Counted from the first letter of the stretch, positions 1 through 9,854 are shown. The stretch is 64,000 nt of DNA from an uncultured Solibacteraceae bacterium (GCA_964384215.1 CAYLLB010000014.1:25943-89942); one strand, 5' to 3'. Notes: generated from the letters alone by a model not told the origin. Numbers and translations are program-made.

Positions 1-274
1 GGGTGGCGTTGGGAAAGCGCTTGAAGTTTTCGGCCCCGCGCGCCCAGTCAACGTCCGCCAGCGCCACGACGTTCTCCACGCCCGCGTGCGCGATGCGCAA
101 GTCCGCCGCGGGTTGTCCGCCCGCGCCGATTGCGGCCAGGTTCAACTTTTCGTTGGGCGACTTGTAACCCGCCGCCTTCAACGACGGCGCGCTCCCGAAA
201 CCGCCGCGTGGGATGGCTCCCGCCAGCAGCGTTCCGTAAAAGAAATGCCGCCTCGGGAACCGGTTCTCTGTCAT
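1..274 (-). CDS. Gfo/Idh/MocA-family oxidoreductase, N-terminal fragment with Tat-type leader (gene runs off the window start)
   Basis: Not in the ORF track because it is open at the window edge. Reverse-strand ATG at 274..272 lies 7 nt after AGGAGG (287..282). Translation MTENRFPRRHFFYGTLLAGAIPRGGFGSAPSLKAAGYKSPNEKLNLAAIGAGGQPAADL shows a twin-arginine motif followed by a Rossmann GxGxxG. Confidence 0.75.
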   Translation of the reverse strand, partial: MTENRFPRRHFFYGTLLAGAIPRGGFGSAPSLKAAGYKSPNEKLNLAAIGAGGQPAADLRIAHAGVENVVALADVDWARGAENFKRFPNAT

Positions 275-439
275 GCTCGAGCCTCCTAAGGGATGTCATT
301 CCGGCCAAATCCCGCCGGAAGGAGACAGGATACCGCACTTGGCTCCATGGTCAAGGAGCCTGACTCAATTCGCGCGGCGCGATGTATACTGGCTGGGCAC
401 CCAAGTTCGATGCCTCGGATTGAGCTAGGAGTCTCGACA

Positions 440-1846
440 ATGAAGCGAATCGCCGTATTGATGACGGCAGCCTGTCTGCCGCTCTGCGCCGCGGAATTGG
501 CGGTTGGTTGGGCACAGGTGAGTATTACTCCGGATAAGCCCGTGCCGCTGGCCGGGCAGTTCCACACGCGCGTATCGAGATTCGTACACGATCCGGTCAC
601 CGCCACGGCGCTGGCGATCACGAGCGGTTCCGAGCAGGCCGTGATGATTTCGCTCGACGTGGTGGCGGTAGACCGGCGCCTGATGGAGTCCCTGCGCACG
701 CGGCTCAAGACCACACTGCCGGAGTTCGATTCCCGAAAGCTGATCCTGAACGCCACGCACACGCATACCGCGCCGGAGATGCGCGAAGGCAACTATCAGA
801 TTCCGGACGGCGTCTTGAAACCTTCCGAATTCGTTGAGTTCCTAACGGACAGGGTGGGTGGAGCGGTGGTTGAAGCATGGAAGTCACGCCGTCCGGCCGG
901 GATCAGTTGGGCGTTGGGGCACGCGGTGGTCGGTTACAATCGCCGATCGGTTATGGCCGACGGCAAGGCCACCATGTACGCCAAGCTCGACCGGCCGGAG
1001 TTCATGGGTTTCGAGGGGTACGAGGACCACGCCGTGGAACTCCTGTTTTTCTGGACGCCGGAACGCAAGCTGACCGGCATCGGGGTGAACCTGGCCTGCC
1101 CCTCCCAGGTGGTGGAGGGACAGTACTACATCTCGGCGGACTTCTGGGACGACACAAGAAAGCAATTGCGCGCCCGTTACGGCAGCGACCTGTTCGTATT
1201 GCCCATGGTGAGTGCGGCCGGCGACCAGTCGCCTCACGTACAACTCCGCAAGGCCGCCGAGGCCAGGATGCGCCAGCGGCTGAACATCTCCGAAACGGCG
1301 CAGATCGCGCGCCGTATCACACACGCAGTGGAAGAAGTCTACCCGGCGGCCGCTGCCGATGTCCGCACCGAAGTGCCTTTCGTGCATCGCACCGAGGAAC
1401 TCCGGTTGCCGGTGCGCAAGGTCACTCTTGCGGAGATGGAATCGGCCAAAGCCGAGTACGCGCGGCTGGAGAAGGCTCCGGCGACTCAAGCTAACCGCTT
1501 CGTTTTGATGAACCGCGCCCGCAAGGTGATGGAGCGCTACCGTACGCAGGACAGCGCGCCGGAGTATCCCATTGAGCTGCACGTGATCCGGTTGGGCGAT
1601 GTCGCCCTGGCCACAAATCCCTTCGAGTTGTTCCTCGATTATGGCCTCCGGATGAAAGCGCGCAGCCGCGCCGAACAGACGTTTTTGGTGCAACTGGCTT
1701 GCGGCACCTCGGGCTATCTGCCGACGGCGAAAGCCGTGGCTGCGGGAGGCTACGGGGCGGAGGTGGCGAGTAACCAAGTCGGTCCCGAAGGCGGCCAGAT
1801 GCTGGTGGACCGCACTGTGGCGGTTATCAACTCCTTGTTCGAGTGA
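440..1846 (+). CDS. Secreted neutral/alkaline-ceramidase-fold hydrolase (paralogue 1)
   Basis: Track ORF 293..1846. The internal ATG at 440 gives the signal peptide MKRIAVLMTAACLPLCAA. VSITPDKPVPLAGQ and NATHTHTAPE match the ceramidase N-terminal domain signature (THTHsgP). Confidence 0.75.
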   Translation: MKRIAVLMTAACLPLCAAELAVGWAQVSITPDKPVPLAGQFHTRVSRFVHDPVTATALAITSGSEQAVMISLDVVAVDRRLMESLRTRLKTTLPEFDSRKLILNATHTHTAPEMREGNYQIPDGVLKPSEFVEFLTDRVGGAVVEAWKSRRPAGISWALGHAVVGYNRRSVMADGKATMYAKLDRPEFMGFEGYEDHAVELLFFWTPERKLTGIGVNLACPSQVVEGQYYISADFWDDTRKQLRARYGSDLFVLPMVSAAGDQSPHVQLRKAAEARMRQRLNISETAQIARRITHAVEEVYPAAAADVRTEVPFVHRTEELRLPVRKVTLAEMESAKAEYARLEKAPATQANRFVLMNRARKVMERYRTQDSAPEYPIELHVIRLGDVALATNPFELFLDYGLRMKARSRAEQTFLVQLACGTSGYLPTAKAVAAGGYGAEVASNQVGPEGGQMLVDRTVAVINSLFE

Positions 1847-1866
1847 GCGAGCGGCCGGAGGTGTCA

Positions 1867-3735
1867 ATGACGTCAGGTGACCGAAGTCTGAGCCGGCGCT
1901 GCTTCCTGGGCTCGGCTGGGGCAGCAGGGCTGGCCGCCGGAACGGTCAGGCCGCTCCGACGTTCCATTTCGGCCGCGAATCCTCTCTATGTGCTGGAAGG
2001 CGGCACTGCGATGTGGAACCTTCTGCCGGGGCCTTTCCGGCGGTACTGCGCCATGATGATCGCGGCAGGGTCCGGCAACAGCGCAGATGGTTCCCGGCTG
2101 TCGCTGTTCCGCGAATTGGAGAAACTGCGTGCAGCCGGCATCCCGGTCTTCATCTCCGTGCAGGGGGACGAGGCCGACGTCATCCCCACGCGAATCGACG
2201 CGATCGTCGAAGCCTTGAAGGAATTCCCGAACCTGATTGGATGCCGCGCGGCAGAGTTGAGTTGCGGGCCCGGCTTCACGGCTCCCGAGCGGCGCAATAT
2301 CATCGATTTGATCAACGTGTGCGGCGAGCACCGTGCGCTGCTCAACTGGCAGGACATGGGATTTCCCTACCAGCGCGATCACATCTTCACGGAGGCTGGC
2401 CGCGACCGGGAGCTTTTCGATGCGCTTTCAAGGAATGGCGATTCGGTCATCTTGACGGAGAAAAACAACGGCTGGGGCAAGTATTACCAGACACGGTCCC
2501 TGGTGCTGGGAATGTGGGCATCCGGCATCGTGGCCAACTGGGGATTCAATGCCGAGGACTGGTGGTGGTTTGAGCAGGGCTACGGCGAGCGCTTTCTGCC
2601 GAGCAAGGGCCGGAGGGGCTACGCGAGAAAGCACGGCGCCGGCGTCGAAGTGACGGGAGGTTGGGAGTTCGCGAGTGCGTTGTCCTGCCCGGACATCTTT
2701 TACGGACAGAATGTTCTGTGTGCGATCGCCGGCGGAGCCACGGTTTACAGTTTCGAGTCAGGGCACGCTTACGGGCATCAGGACCAGAATGGCGTGTTCC
2801 GGTTATCGCCGGCCTGGAAGAATGTGGTCTACCCGTTGCTTCAGGACGTCCTGGATCATAAGCTCATTCCGACGCGCGAGCAGGTGGTGGCGCGAATGAA
2901 GGTCGCCTATCAGGATTCCGGAGAAGCAGGTACGGAACTGGATGCGCCGGGTGAAGCTCTATACCGGCCGCTGTACGGGGCCCTCAAGCCGGACGACAAA
3001 ATCATTGCGGATAAGTTGTCATCCGAACTTCTGATGCGGACGGGCCGCTATTACTATCTGCCGGTGCTTCCAAAACTGGCCCCGCAACAGGCGCGTGCCC
3101 GTTTCGCGAACATCATCCGGCCGCGGCAGTTCCCGGGCGCGGAGGCACAACGCGCATACTTCGACAAACTATACCCGGCCGAATCGTCCGGCGGTGCCCT
3201 TGTGCTCCACATCAACAACACCTGGTTCGTCACCAACCCGCACGAGAACCAAGACATCGCGGAGGATTTTCGATTTCGTCTCCAGGCCGGCAGCCTGCCG
3301 GTGGAACTGGCGGGACGGCTGCAGCCGCACACTTTGCTGTTCGTCAGGGAAGGGAAACGCAAGCTACTCATCGAAGCCAACAACTACCTAGTGAGGACCC
3401 ACATCTGGGATGAGCCGAGGCCCGCGAGGTTCGACATCGAGGCCTACTTGCGGAAGTACGTGTCCAGCCCGGACGACTCGGAGACGCGGAGCACAACGCT
3501 GCAGCTTGCAGTGCCGGGGCAGGGCAGGCCTTCGCTTACTCACACCACCCGGCACGGCAGCGTCGCATCCACGTGGCACGCCGAATCCAGGAAGTTGGAG
3601 ATCCGGCTCGACCACAACGGCCCGGTATGCCTGGTCGTGAGCCTACAACGTGATTCGCCGGAGATGCTAGACAGCTTCCATCTCCGTGGCGAACGCTTTC
3701 ATCCGCCCCAGGCGGCTGCGGTAAGCGCCGTATAA
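1867..3735 (+). CDS. Tat-signal exported protein of unknown function (622 aa; possibly a TIM-barrel glycosidase-like fold, family not recognised)
   Basis: Track ORF 1843..3735. ATG at 1867 lies 6 nt after GGAGG. Leader MTSGDRSLSRRCFLGSAGAAGLAAG has the twin-arginine consensus. I recognise no diagnostic catalytic motif. Confidence 0.6.
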   Translation: MTSGDRSLSRRCFLGSAGAAGLAAGTVRPLRRSISAANPLYVLEGGTAMWNLLPGPFRRYCAMMIAAGSGNSADGSRLSLFRELEKLRAAGIPVFISVQGDEADVIPTRIDAIVEALKEFPNLIGCRAAELSCGPGFTAPERRNIIDLINVCGEHRALLNWQDMGFPYQRDHIFTEAGRDRELFDALSRNGDSVILTEKNNGWGKYYQTRSLVLGMWASGIVANWGFNAEDWWWFEQGYGERFLPSKGRRGYARKHGAGVEVTGGWEFASALSCPDIFYGQNVLCAIAGGATVYSFESGHAYGHQDQNGVFRLSPAWKNVVYPLLQDVLDHKLIPTREQVVARMKVAYQDSGEAGTELDAPGEALYRPLYGALKPDDKIIADKLSSELLMRTGRYYYLPVLPKLAPQQARARFANIIRPRQFPGAEAQRAYFDKLYPAESSGGALVLHINNTWFVTNPHENQDIAEDFRFRLQAGSLPVELAGRLQPHTLLFVREGKRKLLIEANNYLVRTHIWDEPRPARFDIEAYLRKYVSSPDDSETRSTTLQLAVPGQGRPSLTHTTRHGSVASTWHAESRKLEIRLDHNGPVCLVVSLQRDSPEMLDSFHLRGERFHPPQAAAVSAV

Positions 3736-4821
3736 AGCATCCGAGGTCTCCCGCAGCGTTCGCTGCGAGTTCGTGTAGATGTTCTGCTTCACCGCCGAGT
3801 CCACCTGTTCGATCCATTCCCGATCGAGCGAGGCGTCGCCGGTGAGAGCGCCGGAGATCCCTCCCGCCACCGATGCGCAGCAGTCGGTGTCACGGCCCAT
3901 GTTCACAGCTGCGATGACGGCGTCGCGCGTCACTCCCTGCGTCATGCGGAAGATGGCGAGCGCTTTGCTCACCACCTCATTGGCGAAGCTGTTCGCGTAC
4001 GGGATGCCTTTACTCCCATAGAACTCGTCGAACTTGACGCGAAGCTCGCGGAAATTGCTGCAGCTCTCGGCGGTCTTCAGGGCGCGCTCGAGTTCTTTTA
4101 GGATGCCAAGAGGCTTGGTGTACGGTCCTGCAGGCTTGTCGCAGTTGTCGAAGATCGCGCCGATCACGCTATCGACTGTGGCGCGCGAGCGCGTACCAGC
4201 GGCGATCGCTACGGCTGTCACTTCGGCCCAACGGATGGCGCGGGAACCGGCGACGTGGTAAAGCTGCCCTACTTCGCGCACATCCTGGATCGCCCCTGCA
4301 ATGTCCCCAGCGTTGATAAGCGGGATGGGATGGCAGCTCCGCGCCAGCGTAATAAGCCCAGAGTAGTCGCAGTACTTGCCGATGTCGGAGGCTGGAATGA
4401 GCGTCTTCGAAATGGCCAGAAGTTGAGCTTCGAAGGGCTCGGAGACCATGCCGATAGAGATCGGCTTGATGTCCCGCAGCCACACCGCTCGCACATCCTC
4501 CGCAGTGACGCGGTCCTGCTTGTCGAGAATGGCCGTGATGATGAGTTTCTGCCGCTCCACGCCATCCTCGGTCGTGCCGGGCGGGCGTTTCCACCCGTTG
4601 CGGTAGTGCTCATAGGGAAGCAGCTTTGCCAGTGTGCCGTGCTCCTTCTCGATGCGCTCCCACGGCCAGCCTTCCACGGTGGCACCCATGGAGGAGCCTA
4701 TGTGGCAGCCGGCGATGCAGCCGAAGAATTTCTCTCGCAGCGGCACCGGCGCACCTTGGGCCTGCGCTCCGGCATTCACCGCCGCAACCATCCCGCTTTG
4801 AAAGATCGCTCGTCTGGTCAT
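3667..4821 (-). CDS. ADP-ribosylglycohydrolase-family protein with Tat-type leader
   Basis: MTRRAIFQSGMVAAVNAGAQAQG leader. GCHIGSSMGATVEGW and GRDTDCCASVAGGISGALTG resemble the DraG/ARH family metal-site motifs. Confidence 0.75.
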   Translation of the reverse strand: MTRRAIFQSGMVAAVNAGAQAQGAPVPLREKFFGCIAGCHIGSSMGATVEGWPWERIEKEHGTLAKLLPYEHYRNGWKRPPGTTEDGVERQKLIITAILDKQDRVTAEDVRAVWLRDIKPISIGMVSEPFEAQLLAISKTLIPASDIGKYCDYSGLITLARSCHPIPLINAGDIAGAIQDVREVGQLYHVAGSRAIRWAEVTAVAIAAGTRSRATVDSVIGAIFDNCDKPAGPYTKPLGILKELERALKTAESCSNFRELRVKFDEFYGSKGIPYANSFANEVVSKALAIFRMTQGVTRDAVIAAVNMGRDTDCCASVAGGISGALTGDASLDREWIEQVDSAVKQNIYTNSQRTLRETSDALYGAYRSRLGRMKAFATEMEAV

Positions 4822-4860
4822 CGGATTGGACCCTCGTTCAAGATGATAATCGTGTCGGGG

Positions 4861-5775
4861 CTAAAGGTGCGCCTGGAGGAACGCCAGCGCCTCGCGCCTC
4901 ATGGCGGGTGTCTCGATGTGTCCGACGTTATACCGAAGCATCTTCCAATTCTCAGGGTGGCCCATCATGGCGTAAACCTGTTTCAGCTCCGCGTCGATGC
5001 GGTCCAGCCCGGACGGGGGCGTCAGCTTGTCGCGATTTCCCTCCAGCCCCAAGTGTGGACGCGGCGCTATGAGCGAGTTGATCTGGGCGGTAGTGAAGTG
5101 CCTGACGAGGCCGGGCACGAAGTAATAGACACCGTGTCCGGCCAGCAGCCCCGCGTCTCGGATGGCCTGGTAATCGGTGAGGCAGCAGATGTCCACGCAG
5201 ACCTTAATGCGTGGTTCAAGGGCGGCCACCCACCAGGCCATCGTGCTACCCATCGACATGCCCAGGGTTCCGATGCGATCCGCGTCAATCTCAGGTCTGG
5301 ATCGCAGGTAATCGAATCCCCGCAGCGAATCGAAAACCATCATGCCCCACATTACGCGGCCCTGCCAGAGCATGTCCTTGAAGATGTCCAACTCGGTGCG
5401 CGTGGAGCGTTCGCCGAAGGCCCACATGTCCAGGCACAACGCGCAATAGCCGAGCCGGGCGAGCGCTTCGGCGTATGACGGCATGCGCATGGCGGGCTTC
5501 GCCAGCAGCAATTCATCCTTGCCGAGCTTGTACTTGCCGCCGTGATAGTGGTTGTAAAGAATAGCGGGAGCCGGCGCGATAAGGGCCGGCGGCTTGACGA
5601 AATACGCCGGAACCGGCTCGATACCGTTCAAATCGAGCACCAGTTTCTCGAGCATGAACGTACCGCAGTCCTCAACAAAAACAGTTTCGGCCGAGATGGG
5701 CCGGTTGCGCGAAGGCAGTTCGCCCAGCAGGCTATACAGCTTCGCGCGGCGCTCGTTCTGTTCTTCCGGTGTCAT
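4861..5775 (-). CDS. Alpha/beta hydrolase (acetyl-xylan-esterase / dienelactone-hydrolase-like)
   Basis: Track ORF 4861..6768 trimmed to the ATG at 5775 (MTPEEQNERRAKL), 5 nt after the stop of the upstream gene. The longer version would overlap that gene. GMSMGS nucleophile elbow preceded by FDYLRSRPEIDADRIGTLG. Confidence 0.75.
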   Translation of the reverse strand: MTPEEQNERRAKLYSLLGELPSRNRPISAETVFVEDCGTFMLEKLVLDLNGIEPVPAYFVKPPALIAPAPAILYNHYHGGKYKLGKDELLLAKPAMRMPSYAEALARLGYCALCLDMWAFGERSTRTELDIFKDMLWQGRVMWGMMVFDSLRGFDYLRSRPEIDADRIGTLGMSMGSTMAWWVAALEPRIKVCVDICCLTDYQAIRDAGLLAGHGVYYFVPGLVRHFTTAQINSLIAPRPHLGLEGNRDKLTPPSGLDRIDAELKQVYAMMGHPENWKMLRYNVGHIETPAMRREALAFLQAHL

Positions 5776-5780
5776 CGCTC

Positions 5781-7760
5781 CTACCTGGCCCACACGGCAA
5801 TGTCGTCGAGTTTGCCTTCGAAGGTGGCGTCCGCCCTGTTGCATCCACCGAACCAGAGGCGGCGCGATGCCGGCACGAGTCCAGCTTCGCCGCGCAGCAC
5901 AGGCTCGTCGTTCAGCAGTATCGTAGCGGTATTCCTCGTCCTGATCAGTTTCAGGTGATACCACTGGCGCAGCACAAGCGGGACCTCTCCGCGCAAGGCC
6001 AGGCCGCCGTTTTCGAAGATCAGGCGACCCTCGCCGTCGAGGGCGAGCCGGTCGCCTTCGCCGCGCGAAAACAAGTAGCCCGTCACGGGCCGCATGCCGG
6101 TGGGCATGCCGTTCCAAAACCAAAACTCGACGGTGTAGCGGTCGCCGGAAAGCGGGAGATCGGCCCGCATGCGTCCTCCGGCAAAGTGGATGGCGCGGCC
6201 TGGCGGCGCGTGGCCGTCCAGGTAGAGAGCCACGCTGCCTTCGACTTCCGCAGCGTAGCCGTTCCGGGAAGCGTCGCGCAGCCGGGTGCCCTCCAGATCG
6301 TCCATGGGCCAGTAAGCGAGCAGCTTCGACCGCAGCGCCGCCCGGGCGGTTTCGAGCAAAGGTTCGTGGGCAGTCCTGCGCTTCGTACCGCGCAACTTCT
6401 CCAGCATCTCCAAGAGCTGTTCGGCCATCACCGGTTCCGCTTTCACCTCCAGGCCAGCGGTTCGCGCGGGCCAGGTCGTGTAGCCGCCCAGCGCGTGCTG
6501 TTCCGGCGGCGGAATGTAGCCTTCGGCGCCATTGGCCAGTTCGATGTTGAAGGTGTGCCCAAACGGGCTCCTGGCCTTGATCTTTAGCCCCGTGATGGCA
6601 AAGACCTCGGCGGGGAAAGCGGTAATGCCCAGATCCCCGATGCGCAGCGCCTGCAGTTTGAGCCTCCGCGAAGGCTCGTCGTGGAGCAAGACCTGTTCGC
6701 GGGCGTAGACCTGCTCCATGGTCCGGGGCGGGGCATCGCCAAGCCGGGCGAGAACGTCGCGCGCCCATTTGAGGCGCGCCTGATCCGGCGCGCGGCGGGA
6801 AAGCTCGATTTCGGTTTCCAGCATCCCCAACAAAGCCGTGCCCTGGTAACGAACTCCGCGCAGCGCCTGCCGCACGATGGCGGCCATTTCGTCGGCATAC
6901 TTGGACGGATCTGTGGTTTGCTTCGGACGGCTGTAGTCCATCCAGTGCTGGTCTCCGGCGGTGCCCTGCGACATGATGGCGACACCCGCCTGCGGCGTCA
7001 ACAACTCCGAGAAATCGCCGAAGTAATCCGGAGCCACCGCGCCGCCACGTTCCCCCACGTAATGCATCGAGTAGTTCGCCAGCAGCGCAATGGGGCGTCC
7101 GTCGCGTGCGCGGAACGCAACCAGCGACAACTCCGGATCTGTGGGGCCCGCGGGGCCGATGAAATCAGGATTCTGATAGCCGGGATGCATATTGGCGCGC
7201 ATCGTGAGGCCGCCGAAGGGGTCTTTGCGCATCTTGTCCGGACGAAGAATCCAACGCCGGCAATGAGTATGGTCCGGCGCTTCGACAGAAGTCCAACCCA
7301 CTTGCGCCGGGATGAGGTTCCGAGCCGCGGCTGCGATGGCCTGTGCGATCGAAGTCTCCACCATCGTGGCGTATTCCGGAACTGGATCCGTACCCAGCGC
7401 TCCCATAACCGGCGGCGCCGAGTGCGTGTGCGTGGCGGAGACCAGCATGAACTGGGGCGCGATGCCGGTGGCGTGGGACGCGGCCAGTTTGGCCCGGTCC
7501 AGCATTTCCCGCGGCATCATGAGCGTATCCACCACCGCGATGGCAAGGCGCGTCGAACCATCGTCCAATACGATGGCCCGCGCACACAGCCTGCCGCGGA
7601 CCTTGGACGGGTACGCCGGGAAGAAGTTGCCACTGATCGCGATGGGCAAAATCTTCGGCGTCACGTCCACCTCCGCGGCGCCGGCGCGAAACACCCGCGG
7701 CACCGCGGATGCGCTGCGCAAGGGGAGCATCGCCGCCAGCAACACTACGGCAAATCTCAT
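5781..7760 (-). CDS. Secreted ceramidase-fold hydrolase fused to a C-terminal LamG/concanavalin-like domain (paralogue 2)
   Basis: Signal peptide MRFAVVLLAAMLPLRSASA. AEVDVTPKILP and SATHTHSAPP ceramidase-type motifs. The C-terminal 180 aa end in FEGKLDDIAVWAR, typical of LamG laminin-G-like domains. Confidence 0.75.
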   Translation of the reverse strand: MRFAVVLLAAMLPLRSASAVPRVFRAGAAEVDVTPKILPIAISGNFFPAYPSKVRGRLCARAIVLDDGSTRLAIAVVDTLMMPREMLDRAKLAASHATGIAPQFMLVSATHTHSAPPVMGALGTDPVPEYATMVETSIAQAIAAAARNLIPAQVGWTSVEAPDHTHCRRWILRPDKMRKDPFGGLTMRANMHPGYQNPDFIGPAGPTDPELSLVAFRARDGRPIALLANYSMHYVGERGGAVAPDYFGDFSELLTPQAGVAIMSQGTAGDQHWMDYSRPKQTTDPSKYADEMAAIVRQALRGVRYQGTALLGMLETEIELSRRAPDQARLKWARDVLARLGDAPPRTMEQVYAREQVLLHDEPSRRLKLQALRIGDLGITAFPAEVFAITGLKIKARSPFGHTFNIELANGAEGYIPPPEQHALGGYTTWPARTAGLEVKAEPVMAEQLLEMLEKLRGTKRRTAHEPLLETARAALRSKLLAYWPMDDLEGTRLRDASRNGYAAEVEGSVALYLDGHAPPGRAIHFAGGRMRADLPLSGDRYTVEFWFWNGMPTGMRPVTGYLFSRGEGDRLALDGEGRLIFENGGLALRGEVPLVLRQWYHLKLIRTRNTATILLNDEPVLRGEAGLVPASRRLWFGGCNRADATFEGKLDDIAVWAR

Positions 7761-7770
7761 GGAGTGCGCC

Positions 7771-8601
7771 TCAAGCGGAGGCGATGACCTTGTTCAAGTG
7801 CGCCAGACTGCGTTCGCCCTGTTCCGGGGTTCCGCACTCCACCGACAACACGCCGCTGAAGCCGTGTTTCGAAATGATGCTCACCACGCGCCCCCAGTCC
7901 ACCACGCCGTCGCCGCACGCGCAGCCCACCGGCGTGCCGGTGACCTTGCCGCGCTCGGCGTCGGAGTGCTCCACGGAGATGTCCTTGGCGTGCATGTGCA
8001 CCAGGCGCGGCCCGATCCGCTCCAGCGCTTCGTAGATGTCCTCGCCCGCCAGGTATGCGTTGCCCGTGTCGTAGTTCACACGCAACAGGGGATGATCTAC
8101 CAGCGTGGCGATCTTCATCAAACCGTCGGTGGTTTTCGAGATCGCCTGGTGCGGTTCGATGCCGATCGAAATGTTATAGCGCTCCGCCACGCGCAGCACG
8201 GTCTTGAGCGTGTAGCGCATCACGGTCCAGATTTCGTCGTCGGCGATCCAGCTCGGGCGGTAGCTCTCGTCGGTGTTCACCACGGGCGCTTTCAGAACAT
8301 ACGCGAACTGGATGGCGCGCTGCAGGTACATGACGCTCACCTCGGGCCGCATCAGCGGGCAGTGCGCGCTGACGGCCGAGGCCTCCACGCCATTCTGGTC
8401 CAGGATGTCCTTGATGAAGTGCGGGTCCTCTTCCATGGAGACGGAATGATAGTAGCCCGCCTCGCTCATCAACTCGCGGCCGGTGTGCAGCATCGGCTCG
8501 ACGAACTTGTAACCCATCCGGGCGGCCCACTCGACGCCAACAGGGAAGGGCTTCTCGGACTTCCGCACGAATTCCAGATTCAATCCGGGTGCGATGCTCA
8601 T
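7771..8601 (-). CDS. Sugar phosphate isomerase/epimerase (xylose-isomerase-like TIM barrel)
   Basis: Track ORF 7771..8622. The ATG at 8601 overlaps the upstream stop as ATGA (8598..8601). HMHAKDISVEHSD...VLSVECGTPEQGERSLAHL is typical of AP-endonuclease-2/xylose-isomerase-like TIM barrels. Paralogue of 38107..38934. Confidence 0.8.
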   Translation of the reverse strand: MSIAPGLNLEFVRKSEKPFPVGVEWAARMGYKFVEPMLHTGRELMSEAGYYHSVSMEEDPHFIKDILDQNGVEASAVSAHCPLMRPEVSVMYLQRAIQFAYVLKAPVVNTDESYRPSWIADDEIWTVMRYTLKTVLRVAERYNISIGIEPHQAISKTTDGLMKIATLVDHPLLRVNYDTGNAYLAGEDIYEALERIGPRLVHMHAKDISVEHSDAERGKVTGTPVGCACGDGVVDWGRVVSIISKHGFSGVLSVECGTPEQGERSLAHLNKVIASA

Positions 8602-9782
8602 AAGCTCCACTCCTTCTTCCACTCCACTCTGCGATTCTCGATGTAAGCGATGTTGGCGATGTGGCAGGCCATGGCGGAATAGTGTCCGGCCTCCTCATCG
8701 CATGCAGCCGGCTTGCGCGAGCGAACCGAATCCAGCCAGTTGGCCACGTGCAGGTCCGGCGTCGGTCCGGCAGTGATTTCCTCTTTACCCTTACCGGAGG
8801 CGGGCATGAAGCGGTAACCCCAGCGGAAGATGTTGAGGCGTCCTTCCGTGCCCATGAACACGATGTCCTCGCTTTCCTTGCGGATCAGGTCCGTCACATT
8901 CGCTTCGAAGGTCACCAGAAGATTGTTCGGATAGTGCAGAACGGCATTGATGTTGTCGGCGGTGTCACGGTCTTCCTTGGGCAGTGCGATGGTGCCCATG
9001 CACACTGCGGCCAGCGGCTGTTTCACCTTCATGTACCAGTGCACAACGTCGATCATGTGCACGAACAAGCCGCCCATCTGCGCGTTGGTCGAATAGTCCC
9101 AATAAACGTAGTGATTGAAGTAGCGCTTGGGATTCCACGGTACTCTCTTCAGGTGGCCTTGGCACACATCCCAATCCATCCCGGCCGGCTTCTGCTCCAT
9201 ACCCGGCGGTGGCGCCATGTTGCGATAGGCGCTGTTGCCGTTCCAGATGGTGCGGACCATGGTGATGCGTCCCAGCTTCCCGGTGTCCACGAAACGTTCC
9301 TTGGCTTCGCCGAAATGCGGGTGCGACCGCTGCTGCGTGCCCGTCTGCAGAATGCGCTTGTTTTCGCGCACGGCACGCACGATGCGGTGGCCTTCCATGG
9401 GGTGCAGCGTCATGGGCTTTTCGACGTAGAGATCCTTGCCCGCCTGGCACGCAGCCACGGCGATGGGGCAGTGCATGTGATCCCATGTCGCGATGATGAC
9501 GGCATCGATGTCCTTGCGGTCGAGCAACTGGCGGTAATCGACGTACTTGGCGAGCGTCGTTCCGGCCACTTTCTCAGCGCGGTCGCGCTGCACATCGTAA
9601 GCGTCGGCGACGGCCACCCATTCGATGCCGCCGGCCTTGTTCGCGCGTTCCATCAGGTAGCGCCCTCGTCCGCCGCTGCCGATGATGCCCAGGCGGATTC
9701 GATCGTTGGCGCCCTTGACGCGGGCGGCGCTGGCCGCCGTGAGAGCGCCTACAAAACCTCTGCGAGTAACGTTATCCGGCAT
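8598..9782 (-). CDS. Gfo/Idh/MocA-family oxidoreductase with Tat signal
   Basis: MPDNVTRRGFVGALTAASAARVKG leader, then IRLGIIGSGGRG Rossmann motif and the typical EKPM motif (LYVEKPMTL). Confidence 0.85.
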   Translation of the reverse strand: MPDNVTRRGFVGALTAASAARVKGANDRIRLGIIGSGGRGRYLMERANKAGGIEWVAVADAYDVQRDRAEKVAGTTLAKYVDYRQLLDRKDIDAVIIATWDHMHCPIAVAACQAGKDLYVEKPMTLHPMEGHRIVRAVRENKRILQTGTQQRSHPHFGEAKERFVDTGKLGRITMVRTIWNGNSAYRNMAPPPGMEQKPAGMDWDVCQGHLKRVPWNPKRYFNHYVYWDYSTNAQMGGLFVHMIDVVHWYMKVKQPLAAVCMGTIALPKEDRDTADNINAVLHYPNNLLVTFEANVTDLIRKESEDIVFMGTEGRLNIFRWGYRFMPASGKGKEEITAGPTPDLHVANWLDSVRSRKPAACDEEAGHYSAMACHIANIAYIENRRVEWKKEWSL

Positions 9783-9854
9783 GTAGTCCCTTCTTCTCCG
9801 GCTGCCGCCTCAAAGGGCGAGCGTGCCTCGGGGTATTCTACCTTGCCGCGCGGG

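Noticed and set aside
5776-6768. N-terminal 330-aa extension of the esterase ORF (track ORF 4861..6768).
   Set aside because: The extension is Arg/Ala/Pro-rich with no motifs. It overlaps, in another frame, the well-supported ceramidase-fold+LamG gene. An ATG at 5775, 5 nt after that gene's stop, gives a normal-length hydrolase.
7771-8601. The two TIM-barrel genes (7771..8601 and 38107..38934) as a recent DNA duplication or repeat.
   Set aside because: The similarity is mainly at protein level. The nucleotide sequences differ at many third positions and the flanks are unrelated, so these are old paralogues, not a repeat element.
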